Below, piece after piece: positions 12,576 through 25,736 of a stretch of 64,000 nt of DNA (positions within the stretch are counted from its first letter, which is position 1; every line of letters begins with the position of its first letter). The position numbers and the translations under genes are program-made. The stretch covers positions 255,592 to 319,591 of the forward strand of contig NIVC01001293.1 of the NCBI GenBank assembly GCA_002269645.1, written 5' to 3'. The DNA comes from Macrostomum lignano. Its lineage: Eukaryota. The notes under the pieces are model-generated. The model had not been told where the DNA came from, made no database searches, and saw only the letters and a program-made list of their open reading frames with translations.

Positions 12576-14480
12576 TGCTGAGACTTGTGCTGATATGAAT
12601 GCACAGCCTTTCAATAGTTGTTAATTAAAACTTATATACACTCGTAATACGGTTAGTTTACTGAAGCTTATGCTGCTATGTTTTTATACTTTAACTAATG
12701 ATTCGTTTCATTTGAGTTCTGAGTTCTGAAGAGCTAGTTGAATGCTTACAGATTCACAAAATAGCCAGCGATAAAGACTAGGGGGGCGTAGCCCAGTGGC
12801 CCAGGTTCGATTCCAATCGTAACGTAACATTACGGTATTGCAACCGTAAATATGGATACGCTTGCGAGTACAAGAGCCCCTCGGTGGGCCAAAAGAACGA
12901 CAATTGGAAGAAGGTGTCGTTCAAGAGAGCCATCTACAACTCCGTGTACTGCCACGCTGACCTGCTGCAGGTGAAGAACGCAATGCACTGCGTGGCTGCT
13001 GGCCAGCTGCAGACACGTGCTGTACAACAGCAAGCTGAGAGCCTGCCGCCTGCTGCTGTTCACCGACGCTCAGGTGGAGGCGGAGATCGAGACGAGCGCC
13101 GACTGGGTCAAGTTCGGCCTGGTTTGATTGATCTTGCAGCACCATTGAACTGAAACTTAAAGCCGTCTAACTGTAGAAGTACATGCTTTTTGGAATATTA
13201 ATAAGCTTTACATGTAATGTTGCCCGTACAAGAGATTTTCTTTCGGGACAGCTTTTTAATTGTTTCGATCAGGCAAAGGCTGGAATGAAAAAATACTCTT
13301 CGAGAGTTCGCGGCAAAAAAAGCAGACTTGGTACAGAGGTCATGGCAATACTAGCGTGTAAAATGCGTGGCTCGGGCAGTGGCAGTTGCTTATTTTCTCA
13401 CTAACCATCAAATGAGTCAGTGTTTAGCCTGAAATCCCACGGACTTAGATATCCCAAAAGTGGGTGTATTAAGTAAATCCATTTATACTTAACCCTAGTA
13501 CTTGTCTCGGTGCGCCAAGGCTTCAAAGCCAGGTGCGTATAGCCACCGATCGTCAGGTGCCGCAGAGCTGATGAGTCGCTGTTGTTCACTTGTTCCTCGT
13601 GCACCCGTGGCTGTGGGTGATGGCAAGGAGCTCCTACAACTCCTGCATGTCTGCCGGCCGGTTGTCTTCACTCACACCGGCCTTCACGCGCTCAGCATTG
13701 GCAGATCTTTGTCTTCCAGAGCGTTCTTTGTCCTCCCTGCAATCTCGGCCTTATTGAATCTCCTGCACCCACTTCCTGACTAATCTGATTAGATGAGGCA
13801 GCTTCTCCGAGGAGGACCTTTATGAGCTCTTGGTGAATTTGTAAGCTACTTTCAATTCAGTAGTAAGTTAAAACAGAAGCATTTTAATGCATTTTTAAAG
13901 CCAAGGCTCTTTTATCGGCTCTTACCCGCAGCTTAAACCCTCCAACCGCCGCCTTTCCCCGCCCCGACCCAATTTTTATTGCCTTTCTTGGAATTCCAGC
14001 CTAACGCTGTTATGTACATTTCAGTGGACTGGCTAATGTACATTATTGCTGAACTAATTAGCAAGTTGTTTACGCCTGCAAGCTTGGGCTTCTAAACTTA
14101 TCAAAGTCATTTTATCTGCCTTTATTTTTATAAAATAGCTTATGGATTCTTCTTTGCTACTGAACTGAAAGTAGAAAGTGTATACACGGCATTACATTAT
14201 TCCAAGTGCATATTGAGCTTATGTACGTGAAAGGTGCACGTTTCTCTCGTATCGAACCCTTAGGTTTTGAGAACCCATTCGGGGCGCTCAAATAGCAAGG
14301 AACAAAATGCAAATCGATTAAAAAAGCTCATCTTCTTATGAAGCAATTCCTTCTTCAGTTTTATAGCTCGTAAATCACCTTATTCGAGTAAAATAGTCAT
14401 TGACAAAGATGCTTGCTTTGAATCTCTTTCTAAAAATAACAAAAAGACCTAACAAAATCAAGCCTTCACAAAGATAACTG

Positions 14481-17400
14481 GCATCCCCCAGACAGCAAGC
14501 ATCCCCCCCCCAAGACAGCAATCATCCCCCCCCCCCCCAGATAGCAAGCATCCCCAGACAGCAAGCATCCCCCAGACAGCAAGCATCCCCAGACAGCAAG
14601 CATCCCCCAGACAGCAAGCATCCCCCCGATAGCAAGCATCCCCCCCAGACAGCAAGCATCCCCCCCAGATAGCAAGCATCCCCCCAGATAGCAAGCATAC
14701 CCCTCCCAGATAGCAAGCATCCCCCCTCCCAGATAGCAAGCATCCCCCCCAGACAGCAAGCATCCCCCCAGATAGCAAGCATCCCCCCCCCCCAGATAGC
14801 AAGCATCCCCCCCCCCAGATAGCAAGCAACCCCCCAGATAGCAAGCATCCCCCCAGATACCAAGCATCCCCCCAGATACCAAGCATCCCCAGACAGCAAG
14901 CATCCCCCAGACAGCAAGCATCCCCCCATATAGCAAGCATCCCCCCCCAGATAGCAAGCATCCCCCCCCAGATAGCAAGCATCCCCCTCCCAGATAGCAA
15001 GCATCCCCCCCCCCCAGATAGCAAGCATCCCCCCTAGACAGCAAGCATCCCCAGACAGCAAGCATTCCCCTCCCCAGACAGCAACCATCCCCCCCCAGAC
15101 AGCAAGCATCCCCCCCCAGATAGCAAGCATCCCCCCCAGACAGCAAGCATCCCCCTCCCAGATAGCAAGCATCCCCCCTCTCAGATAGCAAGCATCCCCC
15201 CAGATAGCAAGCATCCCCCACCCAGACAGCAAGCATCCCCCCAGATAGCAAGCATCCCCCCCAGATAGCAAGCATCCCCCCCCCAGATAGCAAGCATCCC
15301 CCCCCCAGATAGCAAGCATCCCCCCCCAGACAGCAAGCATCCCCCCAGACAGCAAGCATCCCCCAGACAGCAAGCATTCTCCTCCCCAGACAGCAACCAT
15401 CCCCCCCAGACAGCAAGCATCCCCCCCAGATAGCAAGCATCCCCCTCCCAGATAGCAAGCATCCCCCCCCCAGACAGCAAGCATCCCCCAGACAGCAAGC
15501 ATCCCCCCCAGACAGCAAGCATCCCCCAGACAGCAAGTATCCCCAGACAGCAAGCATCCCCCCTCCCAGATAGCAAGCATCCCCCCCAGATAGCAAGCAT
15601 CCCCCCCAGATAGCAAGCATCCCCCAGATAGCAAGCATCCCCCACCCCCCAGACAGCAAGCATCCCCCAGACAGCAAGCATTCCCCCCCCAGACAGCAAG
15701 CATCCCCCCCCCCAGATAGCAAGCATCCCCCCCAGATAGCAAGCAACCCCCCAGACAGCAAGCATCCCCCCCAGATAGCAAGCATCCCCCCCCCCAGATA
15801 GCAAGCAACCCCCCAGATAGCAAGCATCCCCCAGATACCAAGCATCCCCCCAGATAGCAAGCATCCCCCAGACAGCAAGCATCCCCCCCCAGATAGCAAG
15901 CATCCCCCCAGATAGAAAGCATCCCCAGACAGCAAGCATCCCCCAGACAGCAAGCATCCCCCCAGATAGCAAGCATCCCCCCCCCAGATAGCAAGCATCC
16001 CCTCCAGACAGCAAGCATCCCCCCAGATAGCAAGCATCCCCCCAGATAGCAAGCATCCCCCCTCCCAGATAGCAAGCATCCCCCTCCCAGATAGCAAGCA
16101 TCCCCCCCAGACAGCAAGCATCCCCCCCCCAGATAGCAAGCATCCCCCCAGATAGCAAGCAACCCCCAGATAGCCAGCATCCCCCCAGATACCAAGCATC
16201 CCCCCAGATACCAAGCATCCCCCCAGATACCAAGCATCCCCCCAGACAGCAAGCATCCCCCCAGAAAGCAAGCATCCCCCAGATAGCAAGCATCCCCAGA
16301 CAGCAAGCATCCCCCAGACAGCAAGCATCCCCCAGATAGCAAGCATCCCCCCCCAGATAGCAAGCATCCCCCAGATAGCAGGCATCCCCCCTCCCAGATA
16401 GCAAGCATCCCCCCCCAGATAGCAAGCATCCCCCCCCAGATAGCAAGCATCCCCCAGATAGCAAGCATCCCCCACCCCCCAGACAGCAAGCATCCCCCCC
16501 CCCAGATAGCAAGCATCCCTCCAGACAGCAAGCATCCCCCAGACAGCAAGCATCCCCCCCCCCAGATAGCAAGCATCCCCCCCAGATAGCAAGCAACCCC
16601 CAGATAGCAAGCATCCCCCCAGATACCAAGCATCACCCCAGATACCAAGCATCCCCCCAGACAGCAAGCATCCCCCCCCCCAGATAGCAAGCATCCCCCC
16701 AAATAGCAAGCATCCCCAGAAAGCAAGCATCCCCCAGACAGCAAGCATCCCCCCATATAGCAAGCATCCCCCCTCAGATAGCAAGCATCCCCCCCCCAGA
16801 TAGCAAGCATCCCCCTCCCAGATAGCAAGCATCCCCCCCCCCCAGATAGCAAGCATCCCCCCCCAGACAGCAAGCATCCCCCAGACAGCAAGCATTCCCC
16901 TCCCCAGACAGCAACCATCCCCCCCCCAGACAGCAAGCATCCCCCCCAGATAGCAAGCATCCCCCCCAGATAGCAAGGATCCCCCCTCCCAGACAGCAAG
17001 CATCCCCCCTCTCAGATAGCAAGCATCCCCCCAGATAGCAAGCATCCCCCCCCCAGATAGCAAGCATCCCCCCAGATAGCAAGCATCCCCCCACCCCCAG
17101 ACAGCAAGCATCCCCCAGACAGCAAGCATTCCCCCCCCAGACAGCAAGCATCCCCCAGACAGCAAGCATCCCCCAGACAGCAAGCGTCCCCCAGACAGCA
17201 AGCATTCCCCCCCCCCCCCCAGACAGCAAGCATCCCCCCAGATAGCAAGCATCCCCCCCAGACAGCAAGCATCCCCCCAGACAGCAAGGATCCCCCCCCC
17301 CAGACAGCAAGCATCCCCCAGACAGCAAGCATCCCCCAGACAGCAAGCATCCCCCAGACAGCAAGCATCCCCCAGATAGCAAGCATCCCCCCCCCCAGAT

Positions 17401-19048
17401 AGCAAGCATCCCCCAGATAGCAAGCATCCCCCCACCCCCCAGACAGCAAGCATCCCCAGACAGCAAGCATTCCCCCCCCCCAGACAGCAAACATCCCCCC
17501 CAGACAGCAAGCATCCCCCCCCAGATAGCAAGCATCCCCCCCAGACAGCAAGCATCCCCCCTCCCAGATAGCAAGCATCCCCCTCTCAGATAGCAAGCAT
17601 CCCCCCAGATAGCAAGCATCCCCCCCCCCAGATAGCAAGCATCCCCCCCCCAGATAGCAAGCATCCCCTCCAGACAGCAAGCATCCCCCCAGATAGCAAG
17701 CATCCCCCCCAGATAGCAAGCATCCCCCTCCCAGATAGCAAGCATCCCCCCTCCCAGATAGCAAGCATCCCCCCCAGACAGCAAGCATCCCCCCCCATAG
17801 ATAGCAAGCATCCCCCCAGATAGCAAGCAACCCCCCAGATACCAAGCATCCCCCCAGATACCAAGCATCCCCCCCAGACAGCAAGCATCCCCCCCCCAGA
17901 TAGCAAGCATCCCCCTAGATAGCAAGCATCCCCAGACAGCAAGCATGCCCCAGACAGCAAGCATCACCCAGATAGCAAGCATCCCCCCAGATAGCAAGCA
18001 TCCCCCCCCCAGATAGCAAGCATCCCTCCAGACAGCAAGCATCCCCCCAGACAGGAAGCATCCCCCCCAGATAGCAAGCATCCCCCCAGATAGCAAGCAT
18101 CCCCCAGATAGCAAGCATCCCCCAGATAGCAAGCATCACCCAGATAGCAAGCATCCCCCAGATAGCAAGCATCCCCCCAGACAGCAAGCATCCCCCCAGA
18201 CAGCAAGCATCCCCCAGACAGCAAGTATCCCCCAGACAGCAGGCATCCCCTAGACAGCAAGCATTCCCCCCCCCAGACAGCAAGCATCCCCTAGACAGCA
18301 AGCATCCCCCCAGTTACCAAGCATCCCCCCAGACAGCAAGCATTCCCCCCCCCCCCCAGATAGCAAGCATCCCCCAGATAGCAAGCATCCCCAGACAGCA
18401 AGCATCCCCCAGACAGCAAGCATCCCCCAGATAGCAAGCATCCCCCCGAGATAGCAAGCATCCCCCCAGATAGCAAGCATCCCCCCTCCCAGATAGCAAG
18501 CATCCCCCCCAGATGGCAACCATCCCCCCCCCAGATAGCAAGCATCCCCCAGATAGCAAGCATCCCCCCACCCCCCAGACAGCAAGCATCCCCCCACCCC
18601 CCAGACAGCAAGCATCCCCCAGACAGAAAGCATCCCCCAGACAGCAAGCATCCCCCCAGACAGCAAGCATCCCCCCAGACAGCAAGCATCCCCCAGACAG
18701 CAAGCATTCCCCCCCCCCCAGACAGCAACCATCCCCCCCCAGACAGCAAGCATCCCCCCAGATAGCAAGCATCCCCCCTCCCAGATAGCAAGCATCCCCC
18801 CTCCCAGATAGCAAGCATCCCCCCTCCCAGACAGCAAGCATCCCCCCAGACAGCAAGCATCCCCCCCAGATAGCAAGCATCCCCCCAGATAGCAAGCATC
18901 CCCCCACCCCCCAGACAGCAAGCATCCCCCAGACAGCAAGCATCCCCAGATAGCAAGCATCCCCCCAGACGGCAAGCATCCCCCCCAGACAGCAAGCATC
19001 CCCCAGACAGCAGGCATCCCCCAGACAGCAAGCATCCCCCAGACAGCA
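14481..19048. repeat. 4.6-kb C-rich/G-rich minisatellite, unit Cn-AGA(T/C)AGCAAGCAT
   Basis: Roughly 200 units with a near-constant 14-nt core and variable C-runs; the long ORFs here are artefacts. Confidence 0.95.
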
Positions 19049-19629
19049 TGTAGCTAGTGCAACAATTCCCTCAGCTATTGCAATAATCGCTTTCTCAGGT
19101 ACTGCAATAAATCCTTTCTAGCTAGTGCAACAATCCATGAATCAATTCACTCAGCCTGTGGGTTGAGTGAATCACCAACTTAGGCCGGTGATAACTTCTT
19201 TAACAACAATTTATTTTGAAGCTGTTACTGGCAGTAAAATGAATTAAAAAAGAAGCGCATGAACACGTGTGCCTGTGTAGCCAGACAGAGTCACAAGCCA
19301 ACACCACGATCGAGCAACGCGCAATTGCCGGTAGTTAAAGCCAGTCACGCGCAATTTATATCATATAGCTAGGGAGTACACCGAGTCTTTCAGCTCGCTA
19401 AAAGCTATCTGAGACTTTGTAAAACTCTCGTGACTCGCTAATTCCCGTATGCAATTAAGATTGTTCCTTTATGAGTTGTCATACCAAGGTATAATGTCTG
19501 ACTACCCGCCCGTTCACCTGCATTATATAGGCAAAGCACTTTTAGCGATGAACTGCCAATGTGAACTATCCGTAACACCAAGTAGCAGTCAATTTCATTC
19601 GAATCGAAATGCGCACATGGAGAGCATCA

Positions 19630-22405
19630 TCAGAGATCCGAGTTACTCATGGATGGATAATAAGGCGGCTGAGTGAATCCGTGGACAAGTTTCAAGGAGA
19701 ACGGTTCGTTAATGGCAAACGACGGCTCCGCCACTGCTACGGCCGGTTTCAGCTGCCTGTTGCCAAGCACCAGGGTCTCGAGCACGCAACTGTCTGTCTG
19801 CTGGTTGCTGCTAGTTGAGCATGGCTTCCGATGCACGAATGGCACGGAACCGTTGAGGCTCAGGCACGGCCTCCTGCCGGACGGCATGCCGTCCTCAATC
19901 ATGTGACTGTAGGCTGAGGTCAGGCAGGTGCCAGTGCGGCCGTAAGTCAGCTGGAGAAAGGCCAGAGTGTCCCGAGGCACGGGCAACCGCAGGTGTTCAA
20001 ACGGTCTGGCATGCGTAGGCAGGACTAGCCATTTGGGATAGACAAACCAGTGCGAATAAGTGGCCATGTGATCCCACAGGTGCGTTGAGTTTTCCTCAAA
20101 GAAGCTCACGTCCAGGTAGGGCCAGCGCCACGGATAAGTACTGGTTCGACGCGACAAGCCTCTATCATAGATTTTGTCGTGTCCGCCAGCTTCTTGAAGC
20201 ACCAGTTCTGGCGTGGCGGCTGCCAGCATTGCTGGCAAACGTCGCCGGAAAGTCTTGTTCACTAGCAGGTCGACGTCATCGTCCCAGGGCACCAGGCCGT
20301 GATGCCGATGCGAGCCGAGCAGAGTGCCACCGTAGATTATGTAGGTGACATTGTACTTCTGGGAGTGTGACATTGTACTTCTGGGAGTGTGACATTGTAC
20401 TTCTGGGATTGTGACATTGTACTTCTGGGAGTGTGACATTGTACTTCTGGGAGTGTGACATTGTACTTCTGGGAGTGTGACATTGTACTTCTGGAAGTGT
20501 GACATTGTACTTTTGTCGGAAGGGAGAGGGATTCCGGAAGCGAGAGGGTTGCCGGAAGGGAGAGGGTTGCCGGAAGGGAGAGAGGGTTGCCGGAAGGGAG
20601 AGAGGGTTGCCCGAAGGGAGAGGGTTGCCGGAAGGGAGAGAGGGTTGCCCGAAGGGAGAGAGGGTTGCCGGAAGGGAGAGGGTTGCCGGAAGGGAGAGAG
20701 GGTTGCCCGAAGGGAGAGGGTAATTGCTTGGAGCGAATGGTTTGAGACCTCAAAGTCTTTAGGGACTTCTTTGATAGGTCTCTAAGTGTAACTACAAGCG
20801 TTATTGAGCTAATAACTCACTTCGCTACAGCAGGACTCACCCGAAAAACATGGTCGATTCTCTTCAACAGTCGCAGCATAACCCACCGCTCCTGCTTTGT
20901 CACGAACGGCTTAAACAGCTTCACATTCTTGACCCGCTCTCTGGCCTTAGCCAGATCCCGGTCCAGCTTTGTTAAAGTGCGAGCTGTAGTCGATGAGAAT
21001 TTCAGAATTTTTAATGTACTTTTAGATTTAGGACTTTTCTTGGCGTTGACAGCTGTCGCTGAATAACTCTTCATTGTTGTCGATTTCTGCCGACTCGCGG
21101 CTCCCTGCGTCAGCGAAAGATTTTGGCGTTTCACTTTTGGATTTAATTAAGGCTTAAATTTCCTGTGTTATGGCTCCAAGTTTCAGAGGCTGGGTTCGTG
21201 TTGTACAAGCCTAATCCAGTTTACCAACTTGTAAGATTTCTCAAACTGCCCAGCTTAAAACTACGAGCCTAGAAAGGAAAAGTTGAAGCCTTAGAAAAGT
21301 AAAAGCAGTCAGTCAGTCAGTCAGTCAGTCAGTCAGTCAGTCAGTCAGTCAGTCAGTCAGTCAGTCAGCCAGTCAGTCAGTCAGTCAGTCAGTCAGTCAG
21401 TCAGTCAGTCAGTCAGTCAGTCAGTCAGTCAGTCAGTCAGTCAGTCAGTCAGTCAGTCAGTCAGTCAGTCAGTCAGTCAGTCAGTCAGTCAGTCAGTCAG
21501 TCAGTCAGTCAGTCAGTCAGCCACTCACTCAAGTCAGTCAGTCAGTCAGTCAGTCAGCCACTCACTCAAGTCAGTCAGTCAGTCAGTCAGTCAGTCAGTC
21601 AGTCAGTCAGTCAGTCAGTCAGTCAGTCAGTCAGTCAGCCAGTCAGTCAGCCACTCACTCAAGTCAGTCAGTCAGTCAGTCAGTCAGTCAGCCACTCACT
21701 CAAGTCAGTCAGTCAGTCAGTCAGTCAGTCAGCCACTCACTCAAGTCAGTCAGTCAGTCAGTCAGTCAGTCAGCCAGTCAGTCAGTCAGCCAGTCAGTCA
21801 GTCAGTCAGCCAGTCAGTCAGTCAGTCAGTCAGTCAGTCAGTCAGTTAGTCAGTCAATCAGTCAGTCAGTCAGTCAATCAGTCAGCCAGTCAGTCAGTCA
21901 GCCAGTCAGTCAGTCAGTCAGCCAGTCAGTCAGTCAGTCAGTCAGTCAGTCAGTCAGTTAGTCAGTCAATCAGTCAGTCAGTCAGTCAGTCAGTCAGTCA
22001 GTCAGTCAGTCAGTCAGTCAGCCAGTCAGTCAGCCACTCACTCAAGTCAGTCAGTCAGTCAGTCAGTCAGTCAGTCAGTCAGTCAGCCAGTCAGTCAGTC
22101 AGTCAGCCAGTCAGTCAGTCAGTCAGTCAGCCAGTCAGTCAGTCAGTCAGTCAGTCAGTCAGTCAGTCAGTCAGTCAATCAGTATTTACCTTGTCAGGTG
22201 CAAGGGTCCGCACAGCTTCATGCATATTTTCGCCAGAGATTCGTACAAAGTGCTGGTCAGGCGGGGGAAAATTCAGTTGCTTGCGATCGATGTGCTTCGT
22301 GTTGTGACGAATGGCTTCGGACAGCAGCAAAATTAGCAAAGCCAGCATCAAGAAGTTGAGCAGTCTGCACGGAGTAGGCACGATTTTGCGACAAGAAATT
22401 CGCAT
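19630..22405 (-). CDS. LicD/fukutin-related nucleotidyltransferase-fold protein, type II membrane; exons 22405-22190, about 21104-20841, 20358-19630
   Basis: Exon 1 has an N-terminal TM (LLNFLMLALLILLL) and an AAG|GTAAAT donor. Exon 2 ends FKPFVTKQERWVMLRLLKRIDHVFR|GTGAGT; its acceptor is uncertain. Exon 3 reads KYNVTYIIYGGTLLGSHRHHGLVPWDDDVDL...WPYLDV, the LicD GTLLGxxRH...PWDDDxD signature. All junctions are phase 0. Confidence 0.85.
20345..20512. repeat. 22-bp tandem repeat spanning the LicD exon-3 splice acceptor
   Basis: Seven full units plus one partial of GTGACATTGTACTTCTGGGAGT; the minus strand reads ...CCCAG|AAGTACAATGTCAC. Confidence 0.9.
20515..20722. repeat. Purine-rich minisatellite (GGAAGGGAGAGGGTTGCC-like)
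   Basis: Direct reading; lies in LicD intron 2. Confidence 0.85.
21305..22183. repeat. (CAGT)n microsatellite, about 880 bp, in LicD intron 1
   Basis: Direct reading, with interspersed CCACTCACTCAA variants. Confidence 0.95.
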
Positions 22406-22789
22406 GACTGCTCTATCCTAGGTCGAAATTAGAGTTGGAGCAGGGCAAGTATTTTTTGAGAAATTGATATATTTCTCTTCTTTGAGCATAGTTGCAATTT
22501 AACAGGAGCAGGAAGGTAAACGATCCGCTCTCCAGAGCTGACTGCTGCCCTGCTCAATGCTTCAGGGACACGACTAACAGCTGTTAGACGGGAGGAAATC
22601 TTCCGCTTGCTGGAACAACGTGCTACAGTGTGACGTTTCGTATCTCGGTATGAATGCATAGTGAGGAAATATGAGATCCAGTCACATTTACATGGCCCCC
22701 GCTAACTAAATAGTGCTTGATACATTTGTCCAGTGCAGTATAGTAGGTCATGGGCGATTCTGTCTGTGTCTATTGCGTTAATCAAGCGA

Positions 22790-23875
22790 CAGTTTCTGAT
22801 GAATTAAGAGGCCATTTCCAGTTTATCAAGCTATGCAGTTTCTGATGAATCAAGAGGCCATTTCCAGTTTATCAAGCTATGCAGTTTCTGATGAATCAAG
22901 AGGCCATTTCCAGTTTATCAAGCTATGCAGTTTCTGATGAATCAAGAGGCCATTTCCAGTTTATCAAGCTATGCAGTTTCTGATTAATCAAGAGGCCATT
23001 TCCAGTTTATCAAGCTATGCAGTTTCTGATTAATCAAGAGGCCATTTCCAGTTTATCAAGCTATGCAGTTTCTGATGAATCAAGAGGCCATTTCCAGTTT
23101 ATCAAGCTATGCAGTTTCTGATTAATCAAGAGGCCATTTCCAGTTTATCAAGCTATGCAGTTTCTGATGAATCAAGAGGCCATTTCCAGTTTATCAAGCT
23201 ATGCAGTTTCTGATGAATCAAGAGGCCATTTCCAGTTTATCAAGCTATGCAGTTTCTGATTAATCAAGAGGCCATTTCCAGTTTATCAAGCTATGCAGTT
23301 TCTGATGAATCAAGAGGCCATTTCCAGTTTATCAAGCTATGCAGTTTCTGATTAATCAAGAGGCCATTTCCAGTTTATCAAGCTATGCAGTTTCTGATTA
23401 ATCAAGAGGCCATTTCCAGTTTATCAAGCTATGCAGTTTCTGATTAATCAAGAGGCCATTTTCAGTTTATCAAGCTATGCAGTTTCTGATTAATCAAAAG
23501 GCCATCTCCAGTTAATCAAGCGACAGTGCCTGATTAATCAAAAGGCCATTTCCAGTTAATCAAGCGACAGTTTCTGATTAATCAAAAGGCCATTTCCAGT
23601 TAATCAAGCGACAGTGCCTGATTAATCAAAAGGCCATTTCCAGTTAATCAAGCGACAGTTTCTGATTAATCAAAAGGCCATTTCCAGTTAATCAAGCGAC
23701 AGTGCCTGATTAATCAAAAGGCCATCTCCAGTTAATCAAGCGACAGTGCCTGATTAATCAAAAGGCCATTTCCAGTTAATCAAGCGACAGTTTCTGATTA
23801 GTGATGAGGCCATTTCCAGTTAATCAAGCGACAGTTTCTGATTAGTGATGAGGCCTTTACCAGTTTATCCAGTGA
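22790..23875. repeat. 46-bp tandem repeat (about 23 copies) made of two related 23-bp halves
   Basis: Unit TGATGAATCAAGAGGCCATTTCCAGTTTATCAAGCTATGCAGTTTC; head-to-tail with no unique spacers; variants change along the array. Confidence 0.9.
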
Positions 23876-24924
23876 CAGTTTTCGTCCTACTTTACTCATG
23901 ACGAATTTCGAATTATTACTACTCAAAATGAACTTTGATCAATATTCTTACCTGTATTAGGTAGCTGTCAGAAACTTATCTCACCTGATATCGGATGTCT
24001 GCACGTGCGTGACCAGAATCGGCTATGGAGGCTAAAGAAACGTTCTCAAGGAGGCTGAGACATCTGACGGCTCACGTCACGGTCGCGGGCAGTTGAAGTC
24101 GCAGTTGATTTATCTTCAACTGTCTGGTGTGACGCGAGTCGTGCTTTACATAAGTTTGACCGAATAAAAATAACTGTGAAAATTATTGTATTGTTCTAAA
24201 CCCCCGCGTCGTTAAAGTCCACTTGCTGTCTTGCTGCTTCTATAAGCTACCCTATGGCCAGCCTCCTTTCGGTTTCAAATAGATCGTTGCCTTGCCACGA
24301 TGATGCGCTGAGTTTCCTGTTGGCGCAACCGGGGGTGCATCCTGAAATGTTGAAAATAGCACCGGATCTCTATGGATCTCTGACAAAATAGGAGACAACT
24401 CGTATTAGTTACGGATGAAGCATGCTCGCCCTAATGTTTCTTAGGTTCGATTCTGCATGAATTTGCGGCTCAAGCATGAAATATCGGCCTTCCAGTATGC
24501 GTACTCGTCTGCGCCTCCTCACTTGCTGCGTGTTGGCTGTGGCCGGAGCTGATCTAATCAAATTTTGCTCTAATCGACACTGAACAAAGTCATTAGGAAC
24601 TTGAACGAATTGGGAAGACGAGCAGAGAGCTCAAGAACGGATGAACGGATTCAAGTTACCAGGAAGCGGAATTTCTTGAAAGGATCCAAGAATACGTCTT
24701 AGACTGCTTCTTCTCTCTGTGTATCATTGCTTCCGTGTTTCAAGCCAGTTTTTGTTCTGAGCTCTCAAAGTGTTTCCTTCTCAATTGTCCATGCTAATGA
24801 GAACAGACGGTACCGCTTTCAGCTTTCAGGAATAGCTCGTAAATCTCAGAGCAAACATCAACAGAAACTTGGCTAAGTAATTTTGGGCGTGTGCCTGACC
24901 TCCTGTTGCCCCATGCTTGTCACT

Positions 24925-25531
<607 letters not shown>

Positions 25532-25736
25532 TCTTAAAGTACCTTGTCTCTAGCTACATTCTACTTTGAGTTTAGCCCATCTGCCTCGTGATTGGCCGCT
25601 GCCCTAGTTTAAGATCTGCCGTATTAGTAGATATCCATCTGAGATAAAACACGGAGCTCAGACGAAAAAAAGTGAAACCAAAGTTTTAGGCTGTACTTTG
25701 AATCATCTTGACTTAAACACAAGTTCGGTGCCAACC

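Noticed and set aside
12781-12815. tRNA-like GGGGGCGTAGCCCAGTGG...GGTTCGATTCC
   Set aside because: A and B boxes are nearly adjacent with no cloverleaf; at most a SINE remnant.
12884-13153. GC-rich ORF that may be an exon
   Set aside because: No recognisable motif or reliable splice boundaries; not enough support to call.
14458-19049. Long ORFs up to 1029 aa (GGCLLSGG/MLAVWG repeats)
   Set aside because: All frames are open simply because the repeat unit lacks stops on that strand; no domain content.
22790-23875. Regular 46-bp array resembling a CRISPR locus
   Set aside because: Units are head-to-tail with no unique spacers, no cas genes are present and the context is eukaryotic. The same applies to the 31-bp (27762-28536) and 21-bp (11165-11882) arrays.
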